From: Antedon mediterranea
Lineage: Eukaryota; Animalia; Echinodermata
Direction: 5' to 3'
Length of the DNA: 64,000 nt
Assembly: GCF_964355755.1 (NCBI RefSeq)
Contig: NC_092680.1
Location: forward strand, 6,634,001 to 6,698,000
Shown here: positions 50,701-63,056 of the stretch, one piece after another
Position numbering within the stretch: the first letter of the stretch is position 1
Layout: each line of letters begins with the position of its first letter
Notes under the pieces: model-generated
The model's input: the letters and a program-made list of their open reading frames with translations, nothing else
Told to the model about the DNA's origin: nothing
The model's database searches: none
Program-made: the position numbers and the translations under genes

Positions 50701-53700
50701 ATCCTATCTCGTTTGACAAGTTGCGTCGAGAAATTGATACAAACAGTAATTGGCAAAGTTAAACGAGGCCACTACACAACACAATTCTATTATGATATTC
50801 ACTCATTCACTTTCTAAAAGCTCAACAAAATTCAGGTCTCGATTAAAATTGGCTTTTTCCTTTTACCCGCCCCGGAAAGAAACCGCAGAGTGTGCGTAAT
50901 TATATAGTAAAAACGCTGTGGATTGGGGACTTAGTGGAAAGTGTCTGGTGACCCTCAATGTAGGCTGACTATGCAGTTTAGCACCGTACAGGGTGGATTA
51001 ACCAATTAAATATCTTGATTTCCCAGGGGCTTTAAAGCCTATACTCGTAACCTCATCCATGTGCGTGTACCCTGACGTATACAAACCAGATAAGCAGACC
51101 TGTCATACAATCTTAAAGGGATATATATTAAAAAAATATGAAAAATGGTCCAGTGCGACCAAAGAATGTTACAGATGAACATTCAATATCGTAAAACAGA
51201 TACTTTAATTTCTGAATCCAATTTAAATTCAGTATAGTGCATTATTTTGCAATCAGCGTTTATATTGTTTTAATAGTTTTATCTGTAATTGCTTTCTACT
51301 TTTTGGAAACATTTTAATCTTAAACCAACAATATGGAAAACCCATAACAAATTTATAGATTTATATTCAAAATGTAATAAATTATAACTAAGGAAAACCA
51401 TGGTTTATTTAATCATAAATGTTATTTAAATAAAACTGAATAAAAAAGTGTAAATCTAAGTGATTTTGAAAAGCAATCATCATTGTTTTGATCTCTTGTA
51501 TTGAGTCTTGATCTGGTAGAGGTATTTTAGGCAACATGTTTGTTGTTCTAGGATATTAAGAGTTTCAGTGGTCTAATGGTAGGATGTCTGCATATCAAGC
51601 AGAAGGTTCCAGGTCGATTCTCGGCTGGAGCAGATTTTTCTCATTCTCACAAAGTTAAATAATAAGTAAGATATTTTCTATTTTATTTGTCTGGGATTAA
51701 ATTTGAGACAACAAGAAGGATAAAGTAAACAACAAGAAATCCACAAGGGGCTTTAGCATTCATTAATAGCCTGTGATAATTAGCCAAATTAAATTTGTAA
51801 TCATAACATAATAGTTTCATAGGTTTTTACAGCCAATTTATCAATTTTAATTTAGGCAGGACTTATGATTCAATGTGTAGCTTGAATATCTCTTGGGGCA
51901 TTTGGCCAAATCTCATAAGTGAGGTATGTACAGTGTTTACACAAACTTTCACTGTATTTATTACAAATTAAAAATGTGACAAGTTAATTCTGGCAATAAA
52001 TTGATCAGTCCTATGAAGTTAAATTTGTTAGTAAATATGGCAAGAAAAATTCCCCCGCAATTTTTAATAATTTGCTGTTATTAGTGATAAAGGTGCAAGT
52101 CTCCAAATGTAATCAGTTGAGTGTATAGAACTAATCCCGAAGCAAAACAACATTGAAAAAAAAAAATGTGTTTCATATGATCGACATGACAAGCTCAGAG
52201 GAAATGTGGACACTTTCATTTTAGTATATAGAGGTGAAATCATTTATAAACTCAATTAAAATCAAATCTAAAACAGTTTTAACATTACTTTTCACTTTAT
52301 GTATCATATTAAATGGAATTAAATTTTGTACACACAATATTATACTAGAAGCTATAAGTTGCATTAATTCCTCACACAATTAGTACTATATGATCAAGTA
52401 TAATCTTGTGTTCTAGTATTTAATCCCACCAAATAATTTAGGCTAAATATGGACAAAATACTCAATTTCAATAATTTAATTAAATCAATCAATCAATCAA
52501 TCAATCAAATTAACATTTATTTTCTTCCGCAGTAAAATAACAACAAATATCCAATATAAATTGTGAAATGAAGGAAGAGGGCAAAACTCAAAAAGTAACG
52601 CCAGATGAAAAACAGAAAACTATTAATCAAAAGACCTTGTGACGAGCAAGCCCTAAATTATAAATATAAATAAAAATTACAAATTAATTAGCGTACACAA
52701 ACACACAGACAGGACAGGGCAAGAAAAAAGAGAAAAAAGGAACAAACGATCATGTGATATAAAAACTGAGGATGGTATAAACAACATTTTATAAATCATA
52801 TTTTGACAAAAGAAACTGTTTGGCTGTATGAGAGAAAATTTTCCTGAGAGGTATTAAGGCATCTCCCTAATTTTCACTTGGCTTATTATATTATATAATA
52901 AGAGAATGAATGGTCAATAGAGCTACTGTACAGCTGCAACCGCAATTTTACCTGAAAATGTTTCTAAGCAGGGAAAAATTTCATTTTAAAATTTTGTTTA
53001 GCAATTATTGCTATTAAATCAAACTGATTTTTTAGTCGAGAAACATAGTTTTGTATTGTCTTTTTTTGCTACACAATTTTAGAAATGTGTAGCAATAAGG
53101 TTCTTTTGTATAGCTTTTTGCTATGCTACAATGGCGAAATTATTCCCTGCTAAGGTGCCTGGACTCATAAATAAGCTGGGTTGAATAACATAATCTATTC
53201 AAATATTTGTTATTGGATAATCAAAAAGAAATCCTTAAAATAGCTAATAAAATCTAATGATCAAGATGAACCTTTTAACTATTGAAGTTAAGTTGTATTG
53301 TTTGTTGAAGGTTTGCATGGCGAAATCAAATGTTGATATAAAGTCTGCGGTACACCACATATATTAGTTCTGAAAAAAAAACTGTTGCGTTTCTCAAGAG
53401 AAACTTAACAGTTCTAATATACGTGAAGTTATGTTCTTATGAAATAATCATTATTAATTAATTATCATCATATTTGTTGCCACTTAAACAATAATATAAT
53501 TAAATAATAATAGAAAAAACTTTTAAATAACCTTAAAAAAGAAATTTTCCTGTTATATCATATAAGCTTGCATGGAAGCTAAAACATCATACGCAGAACA
53601 TGGAATTCATCATCACACTGAACTGCAATTTACATTGACAAATTCATATCGTAATATTTGAAATTGGAAATTACTCGTAATTGATTTTGCTTCAATGCCA

Positions 53701-56700
53701 TATGTTTTTGATTTTGTAGGTTACACGACTGGAAATAAATCTAAATTAATATTCGTGTAACGTTTATGTCATGTTTCCCAAATGTAATAGAAAAGAAATG
53801 TTCAAACGCTTTCTTAGTCAGTCATGATAATATTGTTTTCTCATTTAATGTCACTTTCACCAATTTTCTTTGCCACAATACTAATTTTAATCTAACTCTA
53901 ATTGTGTAAAATGTTTAGGAGGGGGGTCAGAAAGTGTGTGTATATTGCAGTAGTATCGGCATAACTGTTTTTAAAGGAGTGTTTTTCAGCAGCAACTAAA
54001 TAGCAGTCTCAATATCATATTACGGTATCTAATTTTTGAGCACAAACAAATCAACACAACCTTATTATGCAAAAAAACTGCTTCTAAGGCCCTGTTTCTG
54101 CTGCCAACTAAATACCGTATATTATACGGTATTTTTTGAATACCGTATATATACGGTATATTTTTGGCAGCAGAAACTGCGCTCATAAAAAATATACCGT
54201 ATTTTGTATACCGTATTTTCCCCACAAAATTTGTGGATAAAATACGGTATTTACAAATTTATACCGTATTTTTTGTACCCGTTTCTGCTGCCAATAAAAA
54301 ATACCGTATTTTTTTTTTTACATGACAAAAGGTCAACATTCGTGTTTTTATTTTCTGTCGCTGTCAGCTGCTTTACACACGTGTATAGATATATTCGGCG
54401 AAAATGTGGAGCGAAGACGTCACAGTTTTACTAAATAAATGTGTGTGGGGAAGCTAAAATGTCTGGCCAACTAATAAAAGGGACAACCACATTTATAAAG
54501 ACATTTCTAAAAAAATAAAGCAGGAGTATGGAATAGACTTGTCTCCAAAGCAAGTAAACTCAAAGCTGAAGAGCCTGCGAAAGCAATACAACATTGCAAA
54601 ATACAATAACTCAGGGAGGGAACGAATTAATTGTCCCCATTACGATGTTTTCTGTGCTCTCACAACATCTCTATCACTAGGGCTAGGCTGTTGAAAGTGA
54701 GACGTAAAACTTCCTTTATTGCGACTTTTAATTATCGACCAAATAAATGAATGGCAATTTGGGTAAAAAAGATGAAATTTAACACGACCACCCAAGAAGT
54801 ATTGTTAGCAGAAACGGGGTACTAAAAAATACGGTATAAAAAATACCGTATTTTATACCGTATTTTTATACCGTATTTTGAGCAGTTGCAGCAGAAACAG
54901 GCCCTATAACACCACAGTATATAGGGATGTTCAGACTTACAGCATTTGTTTCTACTGTATTTCGTATATAACGTAATGTGGTAATCTGTGGTGTTAAATT
55001 TAAGTGCGAGTCTGAACATACCCTTAATGTTTATAAACATGGTTATTGTTTATAAACAATTACTGCAATCATTAATCTTTATAATGTTTTTTTTTTGCAA
55101 TCTTCAGGGGTAGAGAAGGGGTATATGAGAAAATGGAAAAACATTTAGCAATTCATAAACATTGAAAATATTATTAAACTTTTTGTAACAATTTCATATT
55201 GCATGATATCAGTAGTTGAGTTGAGACTTTTGTATTTGAAACAACAGGGATTATATAAAAAAAAATGTGAATAACAATAGAAAATATCTATAAATATATC
55301 CTTATCATCTTCTTCAAGAAACGCATGTCATGACAATCATTTTCACTCTATGAATTAATTCTTTTCAGTTCAATTTCAACAAATTGTTTTGACATTTAGT
55401 TGAATTTAGAAGGAAAACCTGACAGATAGACTTCTGTTTTTGAAAAGATTTTGTTACAACTGTTCATACATTACAGTACCTTTTAACCAAACTTATAAAC
55501 TACTCAAGCTATTTCTTTTTATCTATCTAGCTATGGTAGAATGGCAAATGTTTGTGAAAAATGTGTTTTTTAGACCAATTTTTATACAATGGGTGAATGC
55601 TGCATTTGGTAATTGTCAGCCATATTCTCTATCACAGTCAAGCTGCAAAGAGTTCGTTATAAAGTTACTAATTAATTAGATAGTGGCCATTCATTGCAAC
55701 GTAAACCGATAGTTATATATAATTATTAATTAATTGTTTCATTCAGAAGTAAATGTAATTAAAACAGAAATAACAAAAAAAAATGTGAGATAAAGAGATC
55801 GACAGGATAATTGCGATTCAAGGATAAAGTGAATTGTTGGATTATGCTGAAACAGAAAAAAGTTTTGACAACAGGATACAAATTCAAAACCAATCTTGCA
55901 GTTGTTCTGAATATTAAATTCACAAGGCCATCTAGCAAGAAAATACTGAGCCCCTGTTACTCCTCACCTATTTTGACAGCCAAATTAATACTCAAAACGA
56001 TTATTGTTATTAGTAAACATCGCAAGTAACATATCTTAGACGCCAAATTCAAAAACTAACCAAACAAATCATCGCTATCAAAGTAATGATTATTAAATTA
56101 TATCAAGAAGCACAGATTGATTGGTGTGGCAGTCACTCAGCACATGCGGACTAGATTCCTGCAAGTGGCTATTCAAGAATTGACTCATCTATTAACAAGA
56201 ACAAATCAGTTGGGTTGTATTGGCTGACATTATCTAGAGATTGTAATCCCTCGTTTGATAGCAAACAAACGGAAATTCTATATCATCCTTTTCCCTGGAG
56301 ATGTGACAACACTGGGGCAGATACGTGGTTTCTTCAAGCGGTTAACATGCAAACCGCAATTGTAGTAGGTCAGTTTATTCCCGACATTACCAAAACGTAT
56401 CAATTCTACAGAATGACAGTGGGGATATGATGAAATATAAACTGTCACTTTGGAGTTGCATTGTAGACAAGGGACTCCATGAATAAGATGTTTGGCACAG
56501 GAAAAAGGGCAGCAAAGTTTACATAAACTAGTAGTAGGTCAAAAAGTTTTCACAAGTTTGTACAACTGATTTTTCTTTCATTGCTACTTTAAGTTTCAAG
56601 TTTAAATATTTAAGTATTTCATATTATTATGTTTTTTAACTAAAGACAAGCAAATTATCTGCCAAGTTGGATACAAATTAACTAAGTTATATCAATTTAA

Positions 56701-59700
56701 AAATAATCATGTTGATTATATGGCACCTAAACAAAATTTTAATAAACATATTTTTATTGAAAATTATTTTATTCTTAAAATAGCTACTTCAATACAAATC
56801 ATCAACTTATTACACTGACAGCTAAATTAGGATTATTTAAGTGGGCGGTTTGGCTAAATCTAAGCACAGTGTCAAACTAAGTACTACAACTACAACTTAG
56901 AATTCCCCTGAGTCATGGCTTAGATGAGGGGATCCAGTAGGGTACTCGAATAATGAGTCAATCTTGTGTGAGCAGTAGTATGTAAAACGGATGAGAAGGT
57001 TTTCAATGAAGCATATTTTGGTGAGACAGAATTGGATGAAGGGGAGGCTATTAAAACTTTATAATTTAACAATATATTAAGATTTTGTAAAACCTTTATC
57101 AGTTGATGTACTGTATTATTTATAATGTAATAAATAAATTGCTATTTTCTTCTCTCTTCTATTTTTCTTTTCTTTGTGCTTTTCTCATCAGTTGCACCAC
57201 ATGTCAGAAGAATATGACATTTTGCACTCTAAGCTGGATGGCCTGGGATATATGGTATGATTAAAAGTAATGTTCGGCATCACATTGTGGGATGCCGGAT
57301 GAAAGATTGGAAAGCTATGGTAGAGGCTATAATGGTGAGAATTGATGGAAGAGATTAGATGAATAGAATTTGTTAGACTTAGATCGGGATTGGTCTACTG
57401 AGGTTAGACGTACAGAGGCTTAGAAATGTGAATGTGAAGATTGATGGGAAGGATTTGTTGAAGGGTATTAGACGAAGACAACTTAGAAAACCGAAGATGA
57501 ATGGAGAGTATCAGAAGCCTGTAGAATTGAATGATGACAGTATTTGACAGAAAGGAATTTGAGAATAACAAAAATAAGGATCCAGTTTTATGTTTAATTT
57601 AAAAAAAGGGGGGGGGGTGGTGGTGGGGGTGCATGGTATAAAGTTCTTAGACTTAATATGCAATTGATGTATTTCTTGGTGCCCTCTTTATTACAAGAAG
57701 GTTTGCCATAAAGCTCATTACCATGATCATCACACTGAGAAATGAACCCCAATTATCAAATAGTGTACCAAGTTCTTTATTGTGAACATGTGCATTGTAC
57801 AGGAAGACTTGTACAGTACTTTAAGTCCAATCTGAAGGACGAGGCAATGTACAATAGAGTAATATAAATTGATTTTTTTCTGTTGACAGGTATACCATTT
57901 AATATAAGTTAATTTTATGTTGGAAAATAAAAAGTAATTGAGAAGTTTGAATTGTTTTCTTTTTGTGTGTTTCTCCAGATTATAAGCTGTAACATTTCAA
58001 TGTCAAAAACAATTAAATGCGTGGATAAACACATATAAACAAAACAAGCATATACAAACAAATGTATTTGGAAATTGGTCACATTAATTGCCTAGACCCT
58101 TCAAAACAATGTATTTTATAATAACCTGCTAGCTAGCTAAATAATACTTCAAAGTTGAAATTAATAACTTTTGTTAAAACATTGAAATTATTGGGTGCAA
58201 CAATAGAAGGATTTACTGTATTCTAACTTGGACCCTTTTCATACAGAAAACAATATAATTGCCATAATTCACCTTCTTGAATTTTGTCTCAACCAGCAAT
58301 ATAACTCATGCTTTCTTACCGCAGTACTGCCAAAATCTGTTGGAAAGGAGCTAATGATTATGAATATTTTACGTCATGTCTGAAGAATCACTAAAGTAAG
58401 CTCAAATGATTATAATAATTGAAAATTATATACAAAACAAACTGATATTTGTTTTAAATCCAAAGAAAGAAAAAAGATTCTTATTAACCCTGACAAAAAA
58501 TGATGACTATGTTAGCCTTGTGGGTAAATCGTAATTGTCAATTTTGGAGATTTTTAGAGACAGACTGGCGCTACTCCGCAAACTGATACGCAAACACAAC
58601 CAATAGAAAATTACTGTTATTTTCGAACCAGCATTTCCTCCTCTGAGCCAAGAAGAACTTGTTCAATCTGATTAACATGGACAGGGCAATACAATTACGA
58701 AGAAAATGTGTCGAAGATAATTAGTCAACATGCACTATCATTTGAATACAAGTTTTAAAGTTGTGTATTTTATTCTTGTGAAAATATCCTTATTTTATTT
58801 CCTTGCTTGTCTTTTCAAAGTTCCTACAACATTGATTAAGGTGCCCTATTGGGTGCTTATTTCTTGACAGACTTTTATTAGGTTTAAAAGTAATGTTCAA
58901 TTAAATGTTCAACAACATTTTATGTTAACTGTATAAGAATGTTTCCTCTCTTCAGTGGTGTTTGAAATTATTTACTCTAATTAATGCAATCATTTGTGTT
59001 GTAATTCAATATAATAATTATTAAATAGGTATATAGTTTTTATTTTTATAGTTGTTTAATTCATTGTACATTATGAAATAAATATCCATCAATTACCAAA
59101 AAAATTTGAAGAAAGCATCTCTTCTTATGGCAAACTATGTTTTTGTTAAGTCAGAGAAGTAGCTATGTTGTCTATTTTTTAATCTAGATGATATTTTGGT
59201 CTAGGCCTATAGGCTTGAGGCATAAGAAATGGTCTCCCCCTTTTTTCTCTTTTATCTTGATACTGGCATGCTAGATTAAAAAGAAAGTAACAAAATGATC
59301 ATAAAAACTATGATAAACAACATTAGCCTTAGGATCACCTGTCAATTTTGCTGTGAATTCATTGATTATCATTTCTTTCATTTTCACCAATAATTTTGTC
59401 AATCCCAATGGAGTAGACAAAACATGGTGAAAAGATATGTTTAAAATATACTCACAAAGAGTTTATTGTAATAGTTTATTTGAATAGTCTGCTTTTTTTA
59501 ATATGGGCACGTATTTGAAATGGGGTATAGGTATTTCGAAAGTGGCACAAAACAAAATTGATGGCAAGAAGTGTAGAGGTAAAGAGTCCAAAAACATGCA
59601 AACTGATTGCAATGTTAAAGATCATAGACTATTTACAATAGATATTTACAGGGGTTGCAACTAATCTTCAGACCTGCCATAGTCATCGTTCTTAAAGGGC

Positions 59701-60870
59701 AGGACATAGGAAGAAGACCCAGCACACAATTAGAGACCTCTTCTGCAAACTTTGTTTCAAAACTCTTAACTTACAATTTACAATGAAACAGTTTTACTTA
59801 TTCTACTGGATACAATTGTTAAAACTATGTATAAAGCTTTCTTAATTTGACCTCAATTAGATCAAGATAATGTCAACCCAACAAAGTTGTGTCAGTGCAA
59901 TTACTTGACCGTAAATGCATATTTACCAGAAAAGTGGCATGTAAAGTGTTTCGCACTTCCTTCTAACAGTGTTGGAGGTAATAATTACATCATTCCACAA
60001 TCATTAATACCTGAGGGAACATGTTATATTCAGTAAAACGTTTTGACTGCAAAACAATCTTTATCTATAAACTACCAGAAACAGTATTATATACAGTACT
60101 TCCGTACCAAGGCTCCACTTTAAAATGCGTGTCTACACATTCTGTTGTTAAAACGTTTTATGAAGGCATAAAAAAAGTACACGCTATTGTACGAAGGTTT
60201 CAGCTTCAACACATTTTATCGTAAGACTAAGACAAAAGTGAAGAAATGATCATTTAAGCATGCTTATGAACCTTTTAAATCAGTCCTTGATGGACATCTA
60301 ATACCTTCAAACACTCCTCATTATTTCACAAGTTAACCAGAACATTATAGATAACAGGCACCATAAATATGGCACCCCGTAGGCTGTAAATCTCTTCGAT
60401 TAAAATAGATAATGTTCAGGATGTCATCTAAATACTCACTCTTAATCGATCAACTTAAAAACAAAATAGTTCTGACACAAATTGATCAGTTTCCCTAATA
60501 TAAGTCATAGTTTAAAAAATGCACCTTACTTAATATGCTACAGTTGATTCTGAATGTTGGAGATAAGGATATATTTACCGCAATTTTATCTGATACGAAA
60601 ATTAATTAGTTTCCAAGTAGAAAAACATAAACTGTAATTTCAAGGAAAAGATTAATCGTTAAATTTTATTTATAATTAAATGCTTAATTTATTGAATTTA
60701 TGTAGTCTCAATGATTCCTGATAGCTAAATATTAAACAATGCAGTAGTTAGGGTCATATATTATTTTTAAGGGTGATCAGAATATTTTTATTATGAAATA
60801 ATTTATTTACCTGAAGCCTTAGTTGAGCCATATCTCTCATAAGTTGATTTCTTCTCGTTTCTTCTTCAGC
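44540..60870 (-). CDS. SMG5: Nonsense-mediated decay factor SMG5, 3' part (C-terminal PIN domain; 5 exons, 198 aa + stop; 5' exons outside the window)
   Basis: Exons 60870-60811, 50287-50134, 46182-46092, 45117-45037 and 44750-44540 all have GT-AG borders and compatible phases (0,1,2,2). The spliced peptide AEEETRRNQLMRDMAQLRLQ-TEVQQLEGS...SPYIVPD...RFIVVIPKA-VIDTLDMSKKTQQGARDTIKYLEREFHKGNR-YLRAQKE...ILDCC...SGMVTILT...FHAKWKTQG matches the recalled C-terminus of animal SMG5. Confidence 0.93.
45037..45117 (-). CDS. SMG5: SMG5 exon (YLRAQKENEVVKSVKRKKTKNEDKRVW)
   Basis: atctttgtag| 81 nt |gtaata. Confidence 0.9.
46092..46182 (-). CDS. SMG5: SMG5 exon (VIDTLDMSKKTQQGARDTIKYLEREFHKGNR)
   Basis: tgtcgttttag| 91 nt |gttcgt. 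Confidence 0.92.
47545..47592 (+). mobile_element. LINE (CR1/L2-like) extreme 3' tail
   Basis: ggaccagagattccgAAATAAAaga followed by (TGAA)n after a T-rich stretch. Confidence 0.4.
48690..48904 (+). mobile_element. RTE-clade LINE 3' end (5'-truncated) in an SMG5 intron
   Basis: EWTPRTGTQGRGRPKKRWRDDIVAFAGVSWMRAAQDR...LGEAFTL is the typical RTE ORF C-terminus; followed by a (TGA)n tail. Confidence 0.85.
49024..49132. repeat. 54-bp tandem duplication (2 copies, 1 mismatch)
   Basis: (tgaaattgagaatggttgtagcataggtagcaaaacatRctacagaataggcat)x2. Confidence 0.9.
50134..50287 (-). CDS. SMG5: SMG5 exon (start of PIN domain, YIVPDAETL)
   Basis: tacttacag| 154 nt |gtaatg; lies within ORF 50060-50317. 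Confidence 0.93.
51562..51652 (+). mobile_element. Dispersed, diverged copy of the 24931 tRNA-derived repeat
   Basis: cagtggtctaatggtaggatgtctgcatatcaagcagaagg...attctcggctggagc...tttttctcattctcaca. Confidence 0.75.
52969..53149. mobile_element. Small MITE (181 bp) with a 5-bp TSD
   Basis: TIR CAGGGAAAAATTTC / GAAATTATTCCCTG flanked by CTAAG on both sides. Confidence 0.65.
53298..53398 (-). repeat. Second copy of the Penelope-like repeat at 33964-34150
   Basis: ttgaaggtttgcatggcgaaatcaa...ggtacacca...ttagttctgaaaa...gtttctcaa is the reverse complement of ~34045-34145. Confidence 0.7.
54088..54904 (+). mobile_element. PIF/Harbinger deletion derivative carrying a Myb/SANT-like ORF remnant
   Basis: TIR GGCCCTGTTTCTGCTGC / GCAGCAGAAACAGGCCC; TAA/TAT flanks; many ATACCGTAT subterminal repeats. 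54404-54694 translates as MWSEDVTVLL...*...IYKDISKKIKQEYGIDLSPKQVNSKLKSLRKQYNIAKYNNSGRERINCPHYDVF. Confidence 0.85.
54923..55024. mobile_element. Small MITE (~100 bp)
   Basis: Imperfect TIR AGGGATGTTCAGACT / AGTCTGAACATACCCT. Confidence 0.55.
60811..60870 (-). CDS. SMG5: SMG5 exon (AEEETRRNQLMRDMAQLRLQ)
   Basis: ttccttccag| 60 nt |gtaaat on the - strand; not in the ORF track. Confidence 0.9.
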
Positions 60871-61664
60871 CTGGAAGGAAAAACAAATATACCCAATTTA
60901 AAAATGTGCTATCTACTACAGCTGAATCCCTCTTTTGGGACATCACTATAAAGGGTCACCCCTACTATAAGAGGGACTTTCCTGTAAAACACTTTCCCTA
61001 GAAATAAATGAGGGGCAATATAAATTAAAAACTATACTGCCAACCCCTATTCAAGGGGACACTTTGTATCATTATTAGACTCTATCTATCTCTTTGTACT
61101 GACATACAGCCAGTGTAGCTTATGCTGTTTCTTTACAATTACAATCATTTTTAAGACAGTGAAAAATGAATAAATCAAACATTGATCAGTAAAAATAATA
61201 TAATACATCAGCATGTTTGGATTTTGTTAAAATCAACATGGTAAATTCCAAAATAATTACCATATTGCACAACACCAATACAAAAACGTTTATTTTTTAT
61301 ATAAACCAAATCATCTACATGATTTAATAATTATTATTATTTAACATTTTAGACACTTTTAAGTTGAAAAGTTTGTGCAATTCGCCCTTCAAATGATAAT
61401 TTGAATTAAAGTTAGATGAGTTGAGTCACATCCTTACATAACATGACCATTGCAACTAGTTTAATGAATTACTTTCAAAGGTCAATGCAACATCAATCCA
61501 ATGTATCTAACCAATTATTATTACTTTTATATAACCATTTCGATTGGACATATCATAAAGTTCCGTGTTCTGTTTTATGTCAATCAATGTGTTTGTCATG
61601 AGTAGACAGGATAAATGTTGTATAATTCATTCATGTCATTTGTGTGAGGATATTTTTTACATAA

Positions 61665-61822
61665 AGCTCTAGCTGCACAATCAAAGTTTATGTGACAAAA
61701 AAATATGATGTGCCCATATATGGACATAATGATGTCATCACTACCATATTTTGGCATATCACTACCTTATTTTAGCACATCACACTTTTTTGTCAAACTA
61801 GTTTGATAGTGTATACAACGCT
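61665..61822. mobile_element. MITE, longest copy of the 23444/35563 family
   Basis: Degenerate TIRs agctctagctgcacaatcaaag ... gtttgatagtgtatacaacgct; TAA/TTA flanks; internal ~21-bp tandem units (cactaccatattttggcatat). Confidence 0.65.
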
Positions 61823-63056
61823 TTAGAAAAGTAGCCTTGTAAGTAGTCGGTTGGGTTTTATTGTTCGGGCAAATCACATTTTTAACAGTCCCTTTGTTTA
61901 GAAAAAACAAAACACTTAAATAAAAAAAAAAGCAATAGTATAACATTACTTCTACAAAATTCTTAAAAGAAATTAATTAAAGGCGTTAATGAATGCAATT
62001 GCATTTCTTTATTTCAACTAATTGTAGGTGTAAGTTTGTTTGAAACAGATACATTAACACAAATATGAACATCATTACAATTAACAAATGTCAACATTTA
62101 ATATTGTAAATGTTTATTTGGCAACCAAGGATAGGGAAAAGAAATTGAGGCAAAACCAAAATTAGATGGTGATATGATCTGAAGACAAAATGAAAACAAT
62201 TGATTGAGAATTGCAAAAGAGAGTAAGTAAATGGAGGCTTTGGAGGAGGGATATCTCCTGAAGAAGCTTTTATTGTATAAACAAATAAATTCAATTTCAT
62301 AAACTCTATCCTATTCTATAAATTCTAAACAAGCCATGTAGGGTGACTAACTTAAAAAAATATCTTTACAGCAATAAGTGATTGAAATTAGCTTCCATGT
62401 TCATTGCAAATATGTGAGGCATTTTCAACCGTATTCAATTATGAATAGAAATTTAAGTTCAAACTAATGTAGTATAAATAAGTATAAAAGATTGAAATAT
62501 GAATATAATTATTTCAATTCAAGAAAGCAATGTATAGGCGTTAAGGCAATTAAAGCTGTGCATACAGATACAAATGTGTTGAATTTTGTGATTCAAGATT
62601 AAACAAAACATTCAAAACGGAACTGTAATAATCTTGCTTAATTATCAAAAGGAACTAGGGATTAGATGTGAATTGTCAGTAAATAAATAGGTCCCTGGAA
62701 ATTACCCCTTAGAAACTGTCAATTTATGCAGAATTATGTACATAATAACGTACACAATAAAATACTCCAAGCAATTATAATAAATACACGCCATCATGTT
62801 GGCATTCAATATTTTGACACTAACTATGTCATCATCATTGTCCATTAATTAATTGTAATAATGGATAAAAGGAAAATAAATGTTTTGAGTGTAATAACTT
62901 GACCGTCAACAACCAAAAACATTAAATATTGTCCTACACACTGTATAAACAATTTACAGAATATGTAATGACACCAAAAACAAAATTTGTTTTCTTATCT
63001 TTATTTTGTTATTTCAGTGTGTAAAAGCATATCAACCAGTAGCATAAAAACATCTA

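Noticed and set aside
57200-57560. Purine-rich stretch resembling a decayed RTE LINE end
   Set aside because: Only vague motif hints with many stops; cannot be supported without a database search.
60918-61068. Degraded TACAG-start MITE with GGGACA repeats (similar stretch at 17850-17990)
   Set aside because: No matching second TIR could be defined.
15354-62300. Remaining 60-105 aa ORFs in the track
   Set aside because: F/I/L/K/Y-rich low-complexity translations of AT-rich DNA or repeats, mostly with TTG/GTG starts; no motifs or exon structure.
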